This document shows, one piece after another, positions 1-9,204 of a DNA stretch of 64,000 nt. Origin of the DNA: Candidatus Omnitrophota bacterium (lineage in GTDB: Bacteria; Omnitrophota; Omnitrophia; Omnitrophales; Aquincolibacteriaceae). Numbering within the stretch: the stretch's first letter is position 1; every line of letters begins with the position of its first letter. Location: positions 799 to 64,798 of the forward strand of contig JAFGHI010000063.1 in assembly GCA_016930235.1 (NCBI GenBank), in the 5' to 3' direction. The notes below the pieces were generated by a model. The model saw only the letters and a program-made list of their open reading frames with translations. It had not been told where the DNA came from and searched no databases. The position numbers and the translations under genes were made by a program.

Positions 1-955
1 TGACGAGATCGTTGCCTGAAACATCGGCCTTTAATTCTTCTTTCGCTTCTCCCATATTGGGAGATCGAGAAGACAGAAGAATCTTCCCTTTTACAAAATC
101 CATCTTGATTGCGGGTGAGTCCGCGGATGTTAAAAGCGCTGTTCTCCTAACAACCCTTAAGAAATCTTCCCGGTTCGCTGAAGAGGTTGTTTTCTTCCCT
201 TTTGGAATGACTTGTTCATAGTTAGGAAAGTGTCCTTCGATTAATCGGGAAACGAGAAAGGTATCTCCTAACACAAAAACAACCTGATTTTGAGACGGGA
301 TCATCTTCACTGTTCCCTCCCATGTCAGCATCTTAAGCAGTTCCTGGACGGCTTTGACCGGAACGATCATTTCAAACGTCTGCCCGTCCTTATTCTCAAT
401 CTCTTTTTCCGAGCATGCCAGTCTTCGCCCATCTGTCGCCACAAACCTTATTAGCTTGTCGGTTACGGAAACGAGAACGCCATTAAGAACATATCTCGTC
501 TCGTCATAGGAAATGGCAAAAGACGTCAAAGCGAGGCACTCTTTTAATAAGGCTTGATCCAACTCTATTGCGTTTTCATTGTTCCATTCCGGAAGTTTGG
601 GATAGTCCTCCTTCATCAGTCCCATGACCTTAAAAAATGCTTTTCCCGCTTTAATATTTACGGCATTGTTTTTCGCAACTGTAATTTCTATCTCCCCTTC
701 CGGAAGTTCGCGCACAATTTCCGATATCTTCTTTGCTGGAATTGTAATAGCGCCCTCTTTTTGAATTTCTGCGGGGACCGTTGTTGAGATTCCTACCTCG
801 AGATCCGTTCCGATTATCTTCAAACAATCCTCTTTCTTGGAGGCTTCGAACAGCATATTCCCAAGAATAGGCAGCGTTGCAGCTTTTTGCGCAGTTACAT
901 TGCCGACGAGCGTTATTCCTCGTAATAGGTTGCTTTTTGATAACTTTATTTCCAT
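1..955 (-). CDS. dnaN: DNA polymerase III beta clamp (partial, runs off window start)
   Basis: Manual minus-strand translation from ATG at 955 gives MEIKLSKSNLLRGITLVGNVTAQKAATLPILGNMLFEA...IGTDLEVGI and later DETRYVLNGV and VATDGRRLA; GAAGGAG RBS; lies directly downstream of dnaA. Confidence 0.95.
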   Translation of the reverse strand, partial: MEIKLSKSNLLRGITLVGNVTAQKAATLPILGNMLFEASKKEDCLKIIGTDLEVGISTTVPAEIQKEGAITIPAKKISEIVRELPEGEIEITVAKNNAVNIKAGKAFFKVMGLMKEDYPKLPEWNNENAIELDQALLKECLALTSFAISYDETRYVLNGVLVSVTDKLIRFVATDGRRLACSEKEIENKDGQTFEMIVPVKAVQELLKMLTWEGTVKMIPSQNQVVFVLGDTFLVSRLIEGHFPNYEQVIPKGKKTTSSANREDFLRVVRRTALLTSADSPAIKMDFVKGKILLSSRSPNMGEAKEELKADVSGNDLV

Positions 956-959
956 AACA

Positions 960-1092
960 ATCACTCCTTCTCTATTATGATTATTCTATTTTAACAAAAT
1001 AGCCGTCGTAATAATAGTCCTTGTTTATTTGTTGATAACTACCCTATCTATATGTTTTAAAAGGAATTAAGAGAAACATATGTTGTGGATAA
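960..1092. other. oriC, downstream (unwinding) part: DnaA boxes plus DnaA-trio-like tract
   Basis: Perfect box TGTGGATAA 1084-1092; 1-mismatch box 1030-1038; minus strand reads TTATCAACA-AATAAACA-AGGA-CTATTATTACGACGGCTA followed by AT-rich DNA; sits between dnaA and dnaN. Confidence 0.8.
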
Positions 1093-2493
1093 TTAGCTCC
1101 CTTTTTTCAACAGATTTCGGATCTGTTCTAAAACTCTTCTTGTCTCTGAGCTTGTCTCACTTTCACTGTTTATTTTGTTGACCGCGTGTAGAACGGTCGT
1201 GTGGTCCCGGCCCCCGAAGTATTCGCCTATTTCAGGCAGAGAGTGAGAAGTAAGATTCCGAATAAGGAACATCGCAATTTGCCGCGGGCGGGCGACGGAA
1301 CGACTCCTTCTCTTGGCCCGTAAATCCGAGACCTTTAAATGAAAGAAATCAGCGACGGTACGTTGGATTTGCTCCATACCGACCTTCTGTTCTTCTTCTT
1401 TAAGAGAATCCCGAAGCATCTCTTGAGCAAGCTTGAGATCTACAATCTGACCCGTTAATGTCCCGTAAGCAACGACCCTTATGAGAGCACCTTCCAGCTC
1501 CCGAATATTAGAACGTATTTTACTGGCAATAAAATAGAGGACATCGTCGGGGACATGGACCGTTTCCTTCTCCATCTTCTTTTTAAGAATAGCAACCCTA
1601 GTCTCAAAATCAGGTGGTTGTATGTCTGTTACAAGCCCCCATCCGAACCGCGAGACTAATCTCTCCTCGAGACCAGGGATCTCCTTTGGTGGTCTATCGC
1701 TGGAAACAACGATTTGCTTATGGGCATCGTACAGCGTGTTGAATGTGTGAAAAAACTCTTCCTGGGTCGCTTCCTTCTCGGCTATGAAATGAATATCATC
1801 AATAAGGAGAAGATCAACCGTTCTGAATTTATTCCTAAATTGCGTCGTAGAGCGGGTTTGTATAGCGGTGATAAGTTGATTTGTAAACTTTTCGCTCGGG
1901 ATATAAAGGAATTTGAACCCAGGATTCCTTCTCTTGATTTCATGCGCTATGGATTGCATGAGATGGGTCTTTCCCAGCCCGACCGGACCGTAGATAAATA
2001 AGGGGTTATATTGCCGCGCTGGGGCTTCACAAACAGCCATCGCAGCAGCATGTGCAAATCGGTTACCAGGACCTATGACAAAATCCTCGAACGTATAGCG
2101 GCTATTGAGGTTAGGCCCAATTATTTCTCCTCCGTGTTTGCTGATATCTTGGAATGGCGGTTTTGCCGGAAGGGGTTCCTTTTTGTTGGGTTTCGGTGCA
2201 GAGACGAATTCAATGCTTAATCTTTTTCCTACAACTTCTTCGCATGCACTTGCAATGATTTCATGATAGTGAGATTTCAGCCAGTTTCCATAATACTGAT
2301 CGGGGACTTCGAGTTTAATCAATTGATCATCCAAATAATTGCAGAGCACTGGCTCAAACCATGTTTTGAAAGATTGGTCGCTTAATTCACGAGATAAAAC
2401 TGATTTTATCTTCACCCAATGGGGATCAGGGGTTTTATCCTGTAGCGGAGATGTTGCCTGCGACTTGGCGCTTGAGGGAGAATAGTTATCCAC
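1093..2493 (-). CDS. dnaA: Chromosomal replication initiator DnaA
   Basis: YTFEDFV, YNPLFIYGPVGLGKTHL (Walker A), LLIDDI, RELEGAL, GGRDHTTVLHA. Confidence 0.99.
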   Translation of the reverse strand: MDNYSPSSAKSQATSPLQDKTPDPHWVKIKSVLSRELSDQSFKTWFEPVLCNYLDDQLIKLEVPDQYYGNWLKSHYHEIIASACEEVVGKRLSIEFVSAPKPNKKEPLPAKPPFQDISKHGGEIIGPNLNSRYTFEDFVIGPGNRFAHAAAMAVCEAPARQYNPLFIYGPVGLGKTHLMQSIAHEIKRRNPGFKFLYIPSEKFTNQLITAIQTRSTTQFRNKFRTVDLLLIDDIHFIAEKEATQEEFFHTFNTLYDAHKQIVVSSDRPPKEIPGLEERLVSRFGWGLVTDIQPPDFETRVAILKKKMEKETVHVPDDVLYFIASKIRSNIRELEGALIRVVAYGTLTGQIVDLKLAQEMLRDSLKEEEQKVGMEQIQRTVADFFHLKVSDLRAKRRSRSVARPRQIAMFLIRNLTSHSLPEIGEYFGGRDHTTVLHAVNKINSESETSSETRRVLEQIRNLLKKGS

Positions 2494-2603
2494 AGCTAGT
2501 CCACATAGTATAATAAATTATTTTACAAGTTACCGTGGAATATTAATAAATTATCCACAGAAAAGCACAATGAAATTAACAAGATAATAACATGTTATCA
2601 ACA
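2486..2603. promoter_or_regulatory. DnaA-box cluster upstream of dnaA (oriC upstream part / autoregulation)
   Basis: TTATCCACA at 2486-2494 and 2551-2559, TTATCAACA at 2595-2603, degenerate TAGTCCACA at 2497-2505, all in AT-rich DNA. Confidence 0.85.
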
Positions 2604-2713
2604 TATCAATAAGTCGATAATCCTACCCCGAAATTGAATTTCAGGGAAAACGCGGTATTGTAACGCGAGACGATCTAAAAGTCCAAGGTTTTTCAAACGG
2701 TAAAAAAGAAAAA

Positions 2714-2742
2714 TTTCACTTCTGCTCCCTTTTTGCTATAAT
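2714..2742 (+). promoter_or_regulatory. Putative sigma70 promoter for rpmH (extended -10)
   Basis: TGcTATAAT with TATAAT at 2737-2742; weak -35 TTTCAC 17 nt upstream. Confidence 0.6.
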
Positions 2743-2750
2743 CCCTCGCC

Positions 2751-2888
2751 GTGAAAAGAACTTATCAGCCTTCCAAAAGAAAGAGACGCTCCAAGCATGG
2801 ATTCCTCGCTCGAAAGCGGTCAAAAGGCGGGAGAAAGATTCTACGCCGGCGCCGGAAAAAAGGGCGATCACGACTAACCCCTGTCTAG
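2751..2888 (+). CDS. rpmH: 50S ribosomal protein L34 (not in ORF track)
   Basis: GTG start; [45 protein letters not shown]; canonical position divergent from dnaA. Confidence 0.97.
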   Translation: MKRTYQPSKRKRRSKHGFLARKRSKGGRKILRRRRKKGRSRLTPV

Positions 2889-2896
2889 AAAACAAG

Positions 2897-3280
2897 ATGA
2901 GCCTGAGCTTGTTGTCGAGCCAAAGGATTTACAAGCCTAGTCATTTTGAATCCCTGATAAAAAAAGGGAAATTCTTCAGAGGAAAGTTGCTAAATGCTTG
3001 GATCAATATGAAGGGGGAAGTCTGTCCGAGGGCAGCCCGCCCGATGATAGCTGTTATGATCAGCCGAAAGGTTGCACAAAGAGCAAACAAACGAAATTTA
3101 TGGAAGAGGAGAATTAAAGAGGCTTTTCGGCGGAATCAAAAGGAAATCAAAAGAGGGGTCGCCGTTCTGATCCAGGGCCGGAAAGTCAATGATCCCCCGC
3201 CCTATCGTGAGATAGAAAAAGAACTCATTTATTTTTTGAAGAAGGCGAAGGCATGGGAAAAGATCGAGGGAAGGAGTTAA
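2897..3280 (+). CDS. rnpA: Ribonuclease P protein component
   Basis: ISRKVAQRANKRNLWKRRIKEAFR (RNR motif variant); follows rpmH. Confidence 0.93.
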   Translation: MSLSLLSSQRIYKPSHFESLIKKGKFFRGKLLNAWINMKGEVCPRAARPMIAVMISRKVAQRANKRNLWKRRIKEAFRRNQKEIKRGVAVLIQGRKVNDPPPYREIEKELIYFLKKAKAWEKIEGRS

Positions 3281-3283
3281 GAA

Positions 3284-4957
3284 GTGAGCCGCGATCCTGA
3301 AATGGAGAGGAATTATTTTCTCGCAATTGTTTTATCTTTACTTGTCGTTGTGGGCTATCCGCTATTCATGCAGAAAACTCGTAACCCGAATCCGATCGGA
3401 GAAGAAGCGAAAATAGAAGAAAATAAAGAAGATGTTTCGGGGGGCCAGAGCGAGCGCGATTGGGCGGAAGAGACTCCATCGGCTTCGGCGATACAAATTC
3501 CCACAAAACCGTCCATCGAGACGTTTGAGAATGATTTGTTCTACATTGAATTTACTTCTCTTGGAGGCGCCATTTCTAAGCTTGTGTATAAGGGAGAGCA
3601 CAAGAACGGAGGCGTGGATGCAACTTCGTTTTTCGACCAAGACTCTCTTCAAACAGGTATTTTTGGAACAAAAATCTCACATGAGAACATTGATTTAACC
3701 CAGGCGATCTTCGGTGTCAAAAAAGGGGCCGGAGGCAAAGAGATCGTCGAGTTTTCATATGAAAAGCCAGAAGAATTTCGGTTAGTAAAACGCTATTACG
3801 TTGATTCGGAGCATCCCGTTCTCGGGCAGGATATGATTATCGAGAATCTTAGTTCGCGGACGAAACATTTCCCCGTCGAATTCGTTTATGGGATGCAATA
3901 CGATTTGTCAGATAGCATGATCGCCCGCAGTTATGAATTGGTTGCCAGGACCGATAAAATCGAGAGCGCGAATATCCATAAAATTGCAAAGAAGGGATAT
4001 GATTTATCAGCAGAAATCACATGGGCGGGTTTAATTAAACGCTATTACGCTTTGATTGTCAATCCAGACTGGAAGATCATTCATATTTCTTCAAACACGG
4101 ATAAAGAAAGCGCGAAAACCGGGACCCTGTATACAACTCTTCGAATGGAGCCTATTTCTATTGAACCCGGGCAGAAGATCGGAAAACAGTTTTTCGTTTA
4201 TGCGGGGCCGCAGCGTTACGAAACACTCAAGAGTTTTAATATGGGATTTGAAAAGATATTGACGCGTGGTTTTTTAGGAAATTTCAAGATTTGGATTTTG
4301 TTGGCGCTCAAATTTATTTACCGGTACACGCATAATTATGGCTGGGCTATTATTTTATTCACGCTGCTCTTGAAAGGTGTTTTTCTTCCTCTAACCCACC
4401 AAAGCTCGAAGCAGATGAAGAAAATGCAAGCCCTAAATCCCAAAGTGAAAGCTTTGCAAGAAAGGCTCAAGAGCGATCCCCAAAAGATGCAGAAAGAACT
4501 GACCCAATTATATAAACGCAACAAAGTTAATCCTGCTGCGGGTTGTTTACCGATGTTGATTCAGATGCCAATATTTATTGCCATGTTCCGATTGCTTCCG
4601 GAAGCCGTCGAGTTAAAGGGGGCCCCTTTTATTTGGTGGATTAAGGATTTATCGCAGCCCGATCGGTTGCTTACGCTTCCCTTTACGATTCCCCTTTTAG
4701 GGTGGGATGCGATCAACTTGGTTCCCATCGTGATGGTGGTTTCACAATTTTGGTATCAGAAAACGATGCCGCAACCAAGCACAAGTAATGAACAGGCCAA
4801 AATTATGGCCTTTATGCCCGTTTTCTTCGGATTTATTTGTTACAACATGCCTTCTGGGCTTGTCTTGTACTGGTTTATGCAGAATATCTTCTCGGTCATT
4901 CACCAAGTTTTCATCAATAAGATTGTCGTTGTCCTTCATCACGAAGACCGGGAATAG
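3284..4957 (+). CDS. yidC: Membrane protein insertase YidC
   Basis: NYGWAIILFT, GCLPMLIQMPIFIA, WIKDLSQPD, PSGLVLYW; large periplasmic domain. Confidence 0.97.
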   Translation: MSRDPEMERNYFLAIVLSLLVVVGYPLFMQKTRNPNPIGEEAKIEENKEDVSGGQSERDWAEETPSASAIQIPTKPSIETFENDLFYIEFTSLGGAISKLVYKGEHKNGGVDATSFFDQDSLQTGIFGTKISHENIDLTQAIFGVKKGAGGKEIVEFSYEKPEEFRLVKRYYVDSEHPVLGQDMIIENLSSRTKHFPVEFVYGMQYDLSDSMIARSYELVARTDKIESANIHKIAKKGYDLSAEITWAGLIKRYYALIVNPDWKIIHISSNTDKESAKTGTLYTTLRMEPISIEPGQKIGKQFFVYAGPQRYETLKSFNMGFEKILTRGFLGNFKIWILLALKFIYRYTHNYGWAIILFTLLLKGVFLPLTHQSSKQMKKMQALNPKVKALQERLKSDPQKMQKELTQLYKRNKVNPAAGCLPMLIQMPIFIAMFRLLPEAVELKGAPFIWWIKDLSQPDRLLTLPFTIPLLGWDAINLVPIVMVVSQFWYQKTMPQPSTSNEQAKIMAFMPVFFGFICYNMPSGLVLYWFMQNIFSVIHQVFINKIVVVLHHEDRE

Positions 4958-5010
4958 ACAAGGTCGACATCTTCTCATACTCGAAAAATTAGGCAGGTTT
5001 CTTTTCAGAA

Positions 5011-6819
5011 ATGACCACACAGAAGTTCGATTCGATTATTGTCGGAGCAGGCCATGCGGGGGTTGAAGCGGCCTTGGCAATAGCGCGAACAGGCTATCAG
5101 GTTTTACTACTAGGGCTAGACATCAGCACTGTAGCGAAGATGTCCTGCAATCCTGCAATCGGTGGCCTTGCTAAGGGGCATATCGTCCGGGAAATCGATG
5201 CTCTGGGCGGTGAAATGGGGCTGGCGATTGATCAGACAGGGATCCAGTTTCGTATGCTCAATAGGTCGAAAGGCCCTGCTGTTTGGGCGCCTCGAGCCCA
5301 AGCGGACAAGCAAGAATACTCTGAGTATATGCGGCGCGCAATCGACGCCGAGTCAAATATATGCCTTAAAGAAGGCCAAGCGGCTGCTATCCTTGTGAAG
5401 GATGGCAAGTGTTATGGAGTGAGGATCCAAGAGGGAGAAGAATTTTTAAGTAAGACGGTTATATTGTGTACAGGGACGTTTCTCCAAGGGCTTATACATA
5501 TTGGCGAAGTCAATTATCCCGGAGGCCGCGGTGGCGAAGACCCAGCCATCGGCCTTTCTGATTCCCTTCGCGAGGCAGGAATTGAACTCGTGCGATTCAA
5601 AACCGGGACGCCGCCGCGACTGCATGTTAAATCAATAGATTGGAATCTTCTCGAAGAGCAAAAAGGTGATGATCCTCCCCTGCCCTTTTCCTATCGGACA
5701 AAGAAAATTAATAGGCCTCAACGCTCTTGTTTTCTTACTTATACAAACAAACAAACGCATGAAATTATAAGAAAGAATCTTCATCGGTCCCCTTTGTACG
5801 CTGGCGTGATTGTTGGAACAGGCCCGCGCTATTGCCCTTCGATTGAGGATAAAATAGTTAAATTTGCAGATAAGGACCGACATCAGATCTACTTAGAACC
5901 CGAAGGCCTTCATAACGATGAGATTTACGCGAATGGTTTGCCGACAAGTCTGCCTAAAGATGTTCAAGAGGATCTTGTCCATTCCATACGAGGGCTGGAA
6001 AGAGCTGAATTTATTCGGTATGGATATGCCATTGAGTATGATTGTGCGCCACCTACGCAATTACATCACACCCTCGAAACAAAGAAGATTGAAAATCTTT
6101 TCTTTGCCGGACAAATCAACTGCACATCAGGTTACGAAGAGGCAGCTGGACAAGGTCTTGTAGCGGCTTTTAATGTTATAAGAAAATTAAAAGGTCAATC
6201 ACCTTTCATCCTTGATCGGTCGGAAGCCTATATTGGAGTCCTCATCGATGATTTGGTCACTCGAGGGACGAATGAACCCTACCGCATGTTTACATCGCGT
6301 GCAGAATTCAGGTTAATCCTGCGTCAGGATAATGCAGACGAAAGGTTAATTCAATATGGGCATCAATTTGGTCTCATAACGAAAGACCAATTTGATGTTT
6401 CATGCGAAAAGTATAATAAAATCAGGCTTGAGATTGAAAGATTGCGGTCTGTTAGAAAGAATGGAAAAACATTAGAGGAGCATATCAGAAGACCCGATCA
6501 AAACTATAAAGCCTTATATGATAATGCATTATGCTCATGCATATTTAATGATGATGAGATACACTCGATCGAAACAAAGATAAAATATGAAGGTTATATT
6601 TCAAGACAAAATACTGAAATAGGAAAATTTAAGAAATTAGAATCTAAACAAATACCGGATGAATTTGATTATAAGAAATTGAAAGGTATTAGCATTGAAG
6701 CCATAGAAAAATTAGATAAAATCCGACCAAAATCGATCGGACAAGCTTCCAGAATTCCCGGAGTATCATCCTGCGATCTTTCAGTGCTAGCAATCCACCT
6801 GAGGCAAGGCTATCTATAG
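5011..6819 (+). CDS. mnmG: tRNA U34 modification enzyme MnmG (GidA)
   Basis: GAGHAGVEAA, MSCNPAIGG, KTGTPPR, GPRYCPSIEDK, YRMFTSRAEFRL. Confidence 0.98.
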   Translation: MTTQKFDSIIVGAGHAGVEAALAIARTGYQVLLLGLDISTVAKMSCNPAIGGLAKGHIVREIDALGGEMGLAIDQTGIQFRMLNRSKGPAVWAPRAQADKQEYSEYMRRAIDAESNICLKEGQAAAILVKDGKCYGVRIQEGEEFLSKTVILCTGTFLQGLIHIGEVNYPGGRGGEDPAIGLSDSLREAGIELVRFKTGTPPRLHVKSIDWNLLEEQKGDDPPLPFSYRTKKINRPQRSCFLTYTNKQTHEIIRKNLHRSPLYAGVIVGTGPRYCPSIEDKIVKFADKDRHQIYLEPEGLHNDEIYANGLPTSLPKDVQEDLVHSIRGLERAEFIRYGYAIEYDCAPPTQLHHTLETKKIENLFFAGQINCTSGYEEAAGQGLVAAFNVIRKLKGQSPFILDRSEAYIGVLIDDLVTRGTNEPYRMFTSRAEFRLILRQDNADERLIQYGHQFGLITKDQFDVSCEKYNKIRLEIERLRSVRKNGKTLEEHIRRPDQNYKALYDNALCSCIFNDDEIHSIETKIKYEGYISRQNTEIGKFKKLESKQIPDEFDYKKLKGISIEAIEKLDKIRPKSIGQASRIPGVSSCDLSVLAIHLRQGYL

Positions 6820-6824
6820 AGCAC

Positions 6825-6840
6825 TGTTTCACGTGAAACA
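6825..6840. promoter_or_regulatory. parS site 1
   Basis: Perfect palindrome TGTTTCACGTGAAACA. Confidence 0.96.
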
Positions 6841-7006
6841 TTCTATTTGTTTAAAAATGCTATTGCTTGTTTGATCATCGTGAATATAATAAAGGAATAT
6901 CCAGTCAAGATAAAGATAAAGAAAAAAGGATTCTAGTCGAACTTAGAGATAGAAATGTCGTTCAATCGAATTAGAAAACCTCTTCTGAAGGAATCCTCAG
7001 TTGTAG

Positions 7007-7022
7007 TGTTTCACGTGAAACA
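7007..7022. promoter_or_regulatory. parS site 2
   Basis: Perfect palindrome TGTTTCACGTGAAACA just upstream of parA. Confidence 0.96.
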
Positions 7023-7037
7023 AAATATAGGTGATAT

Positions 7038-8084
7038 ATGAGCAAAATTGCATCTTTCTGCAATCAAAAAGGTGGAGTTGGGAAAACCACGTCAGTTATA
7101 AATTTGGCGTCGATTTTAGGCCAATACGGTAAAAAGGTTTTAGTTATAGATGTAGATTCACAAGCTAATGCTACAAGCGGCTTTGGGATTGATAAACCAA
7201 AAACAATAGAATCCACAACTTATCAACTCATTGTGGATAAGAGAGATCCATTGGAATTGATAAGAGAAACCGGGGTTAGTAATGTATCGCTTATAGCATC
7301 CAATTTTGAATTATCGGGAGCAGAGCTTGAATTGATATCACAAGAGAAGAGAGAATTCAGCCTAAAAGAGCAACTAAGTAAAATAGAAAATAATTATGAT
7401 TACATATTTATAGATTGCCCGCCATCGCTTGGCCTTATGACCATAAATGCTTTAGTAGCAAGCAGATATATAATAATTCCATTGCAATGCGAATATTACG
7501 CACTAGAGGGTCTTGGGCAGCTACTCCACACATATCATCTGGTAAAACAAAAATTGAATAGTGAGTTGGAGATAGGCGGTGTAATTTTAACAATGGCGGA
7601 CTTTCGAACAAATTTAACACAACAGGTAATAGAGGAAGTAAAAAGTTACTTTAAAGAAAAAGTATTTAAAAACATTATACCAAGAACTGTAAAACTATCG
7701 GAAGCACCAAGTTTTGGAAAACCTGCAGTCATCTATGATCCGCACAATAAGGGATCAGAAGGATATCGATCTGTAGGAATCGAGCTTTTGGAAAGATTTG
7801 AAGGGATAATTATCAATAGGAAAAATGAGGCAAACGGAATCAATGAGAGGGGCCATGAAGAGGGATTGAAAGAGCAAGCGCACGAGAATGATAAAGCGGA
7901 AGAGTCAGGAGAGGTCGCGCAATATGCGGAACCAGAAAAGATTGAAAACATAGGTAATTCTGATCGAGGAGATGTTTTGGTGAAGGACGAAAGAAAAGAA
8001 ATAATTAATACTGAAGAGCTTAATAAAGGCGGAAAAGTTTATGAACAAAACGCAGATGTAATCAAAGAGGAGATTCAACAATGA
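7038..8084 (+). CDS. parA: ParA/Soj partitioning ATPase with acidic C-terminal extension
   Basis: NQKGGVGKTT, IDCPPSLG, PLQCEYYALEGL, EAPSFG. Confidence 0.97.
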   Translation: MSKIASFCNQKGGVGKTTSVINLASILGQYGKKVLVIDVDSQANATSGFGIDKPKTIESTTYQLIVDKRDPLELIRETGVSNVSLIASNFELSGAELELISQEKREFSLKEQLSKIENNYDYIFIDCPPSLGLMTINALVASRYIIIPLQCEYYALEGLGQLLHTYHLVKQKLNSELEIGGVILTMADFRTNLTQQVIEEVKSYFKEKVFKNIIPRTVKLSEAPSFGKPAVIYDPHNKGSEGYRSVGIELLERFEGIIINRKNEANGINERGHEEGLKEQAHENDKAEESGEVAQYAEPEKIENIGNSDRGDVLVKDERKEIINTEELNKGGKVYEQNADVIKEEIQQ

Positions 8085-8998
8085 AGAAAGCTCTCGGAAA
8101 AGGGCTGAATGCTTTAATACCGGACACTTATATTGAAGAATCGAAAATCGGGAGTATGACGGAGGAGAAAATTGATAGTAAGGGCGGAAAGGAGAATTTC
8201 AGAGAGAGCGGATTTGCGCTTATCCCCATAACAAAAATCAAAACAAACAAAGAACAACCGAGAAAAGAGTTTTCCCCAGAAGCCATAGAAGAACTTGCTA
8301 TGTCCATAAAAGAAAAGGGAATGCTTCAACCAATCATAGTAAAAAAAGGGGCGCAAGGAGATTATGATCTTGTTTGCGGGGAAAGAAGACTAAGAGCAGC
8401 CATATTGTGTGGATTAACCGAAGTCCCCGCAGTCATTAAAGATGTTGCCAAAGAAGAATTTTTCGAGTGGGCCCTGATCGAAAACATACAGAGAGAAGAT
8501 TTAAATCCAATCGAAGAAGCTGACGCTTATCGTCGCTTAATGGAGGAAAGGGTTATTGACCAAGAGGAAGTTGCAAAGCGAGTAGGCAAAGATCGCTCAA
8601 CGATAGCGAATATGGTTCGATTGTTAAGACTTCCCGAAGAAGTCAGAAATTATCTAGCATCGGGGCAGTTAACAGCGGGGCATGCGCGCGCAATTTTAGG
8701 GTTGCTGACCCCAGAACACCAGCGCCAAATGGCAAAGAGAATTATCGAAGAAACCTTGTCTGTTCGGCAAGTCGAGGCGATCGTCACAAGGAGTAACGCT
8801 CAAAAAAGGAGGCCTAAGAGAGCCAGGCATTTAAGCCCTGAAATCATTGACCTTGAACAAAGACTTGAGCGACACTTGGGGACGAAGGTTAAAATACACC
8901 CGAAGAAAAATCGCCGGGAGGGTCGGATCGAAATCACCTATTTTTCATTAGACGAACTGGATCATTGCTTGGGGAAAATCGGATTGCCTACTTCGTAA
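8081..8998 (+). CDS. parB: ParB/Spo0J partitioning protein
   Basis: LGKGLNALI, QPRKEF, GERRLRA, ENIQREDLNPIEEA; ATGA overlap with parA. Confidence 0.97.
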   Translation: MKKALGKGLNALIPDTYIEESKIGSMTEEKIDSKGGKENFRESGFALIPITKIKTNKEQPRKEFSPEAIEELAMSIKEKGMLQPIIVKKGAQGDYDLVCGERRLRAAILCGLTEVPAVIKDVAKEEFFEWALIENIQREDLNPIEEADAYRRLMEERVIDQEEVAKRVGKDRSTIANMVRLLRLPEEVRNYLASGQLTAGHARAILGLLTPEHQRQMAKRIIEETLSVRQVEAIVTRSNAQKRRPKRARHLSPEIIDLEQRLERHLGTKVKIHPKKNRREGRIEITYFSLDELDHCLGKIGLPTS

Positions 8999-9032
8999 AT
9001 TAACACGAAGGGGGAGAGGCCCTCTCAGCAGG

Positions 9033-9060
9033 TTGACACGAAAGGTGGGTATGCTATAAT
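9033..9060 (+). promoter_or_regulatory. sigma70 promoter for the sugar locus
   Basis: TTGACA (9033-9038), 16 nt spacer, TGcTATAAT (TATAAT 9055-9060). Confidence 0.8.
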
Positions 9061-9204
9061 CGCCGGACTTTGCGAGCCCCCACCCATTGCAAAAAGGAAT
9101 TCACCACAGAAATTTAAATCGTTTAACCCGCAGAAAAAACGGATAAGTGTAGATTATCCAGTTAAGAAAGCAGTGAAAGAAAGCAAAGCAAGGTTTAGAG
9201 GAAG

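Noticed and set aside
12-787. Plus-strand ORFs 12-221 and 554-787
   Set aside because: Antisense shadows of dnaN
6396-6411. parS-like TGTTTCATGCGAAAAG inside mnmG
   Set aside because: Four mismatches to the consensus and broken symmetry; at best a decayed site
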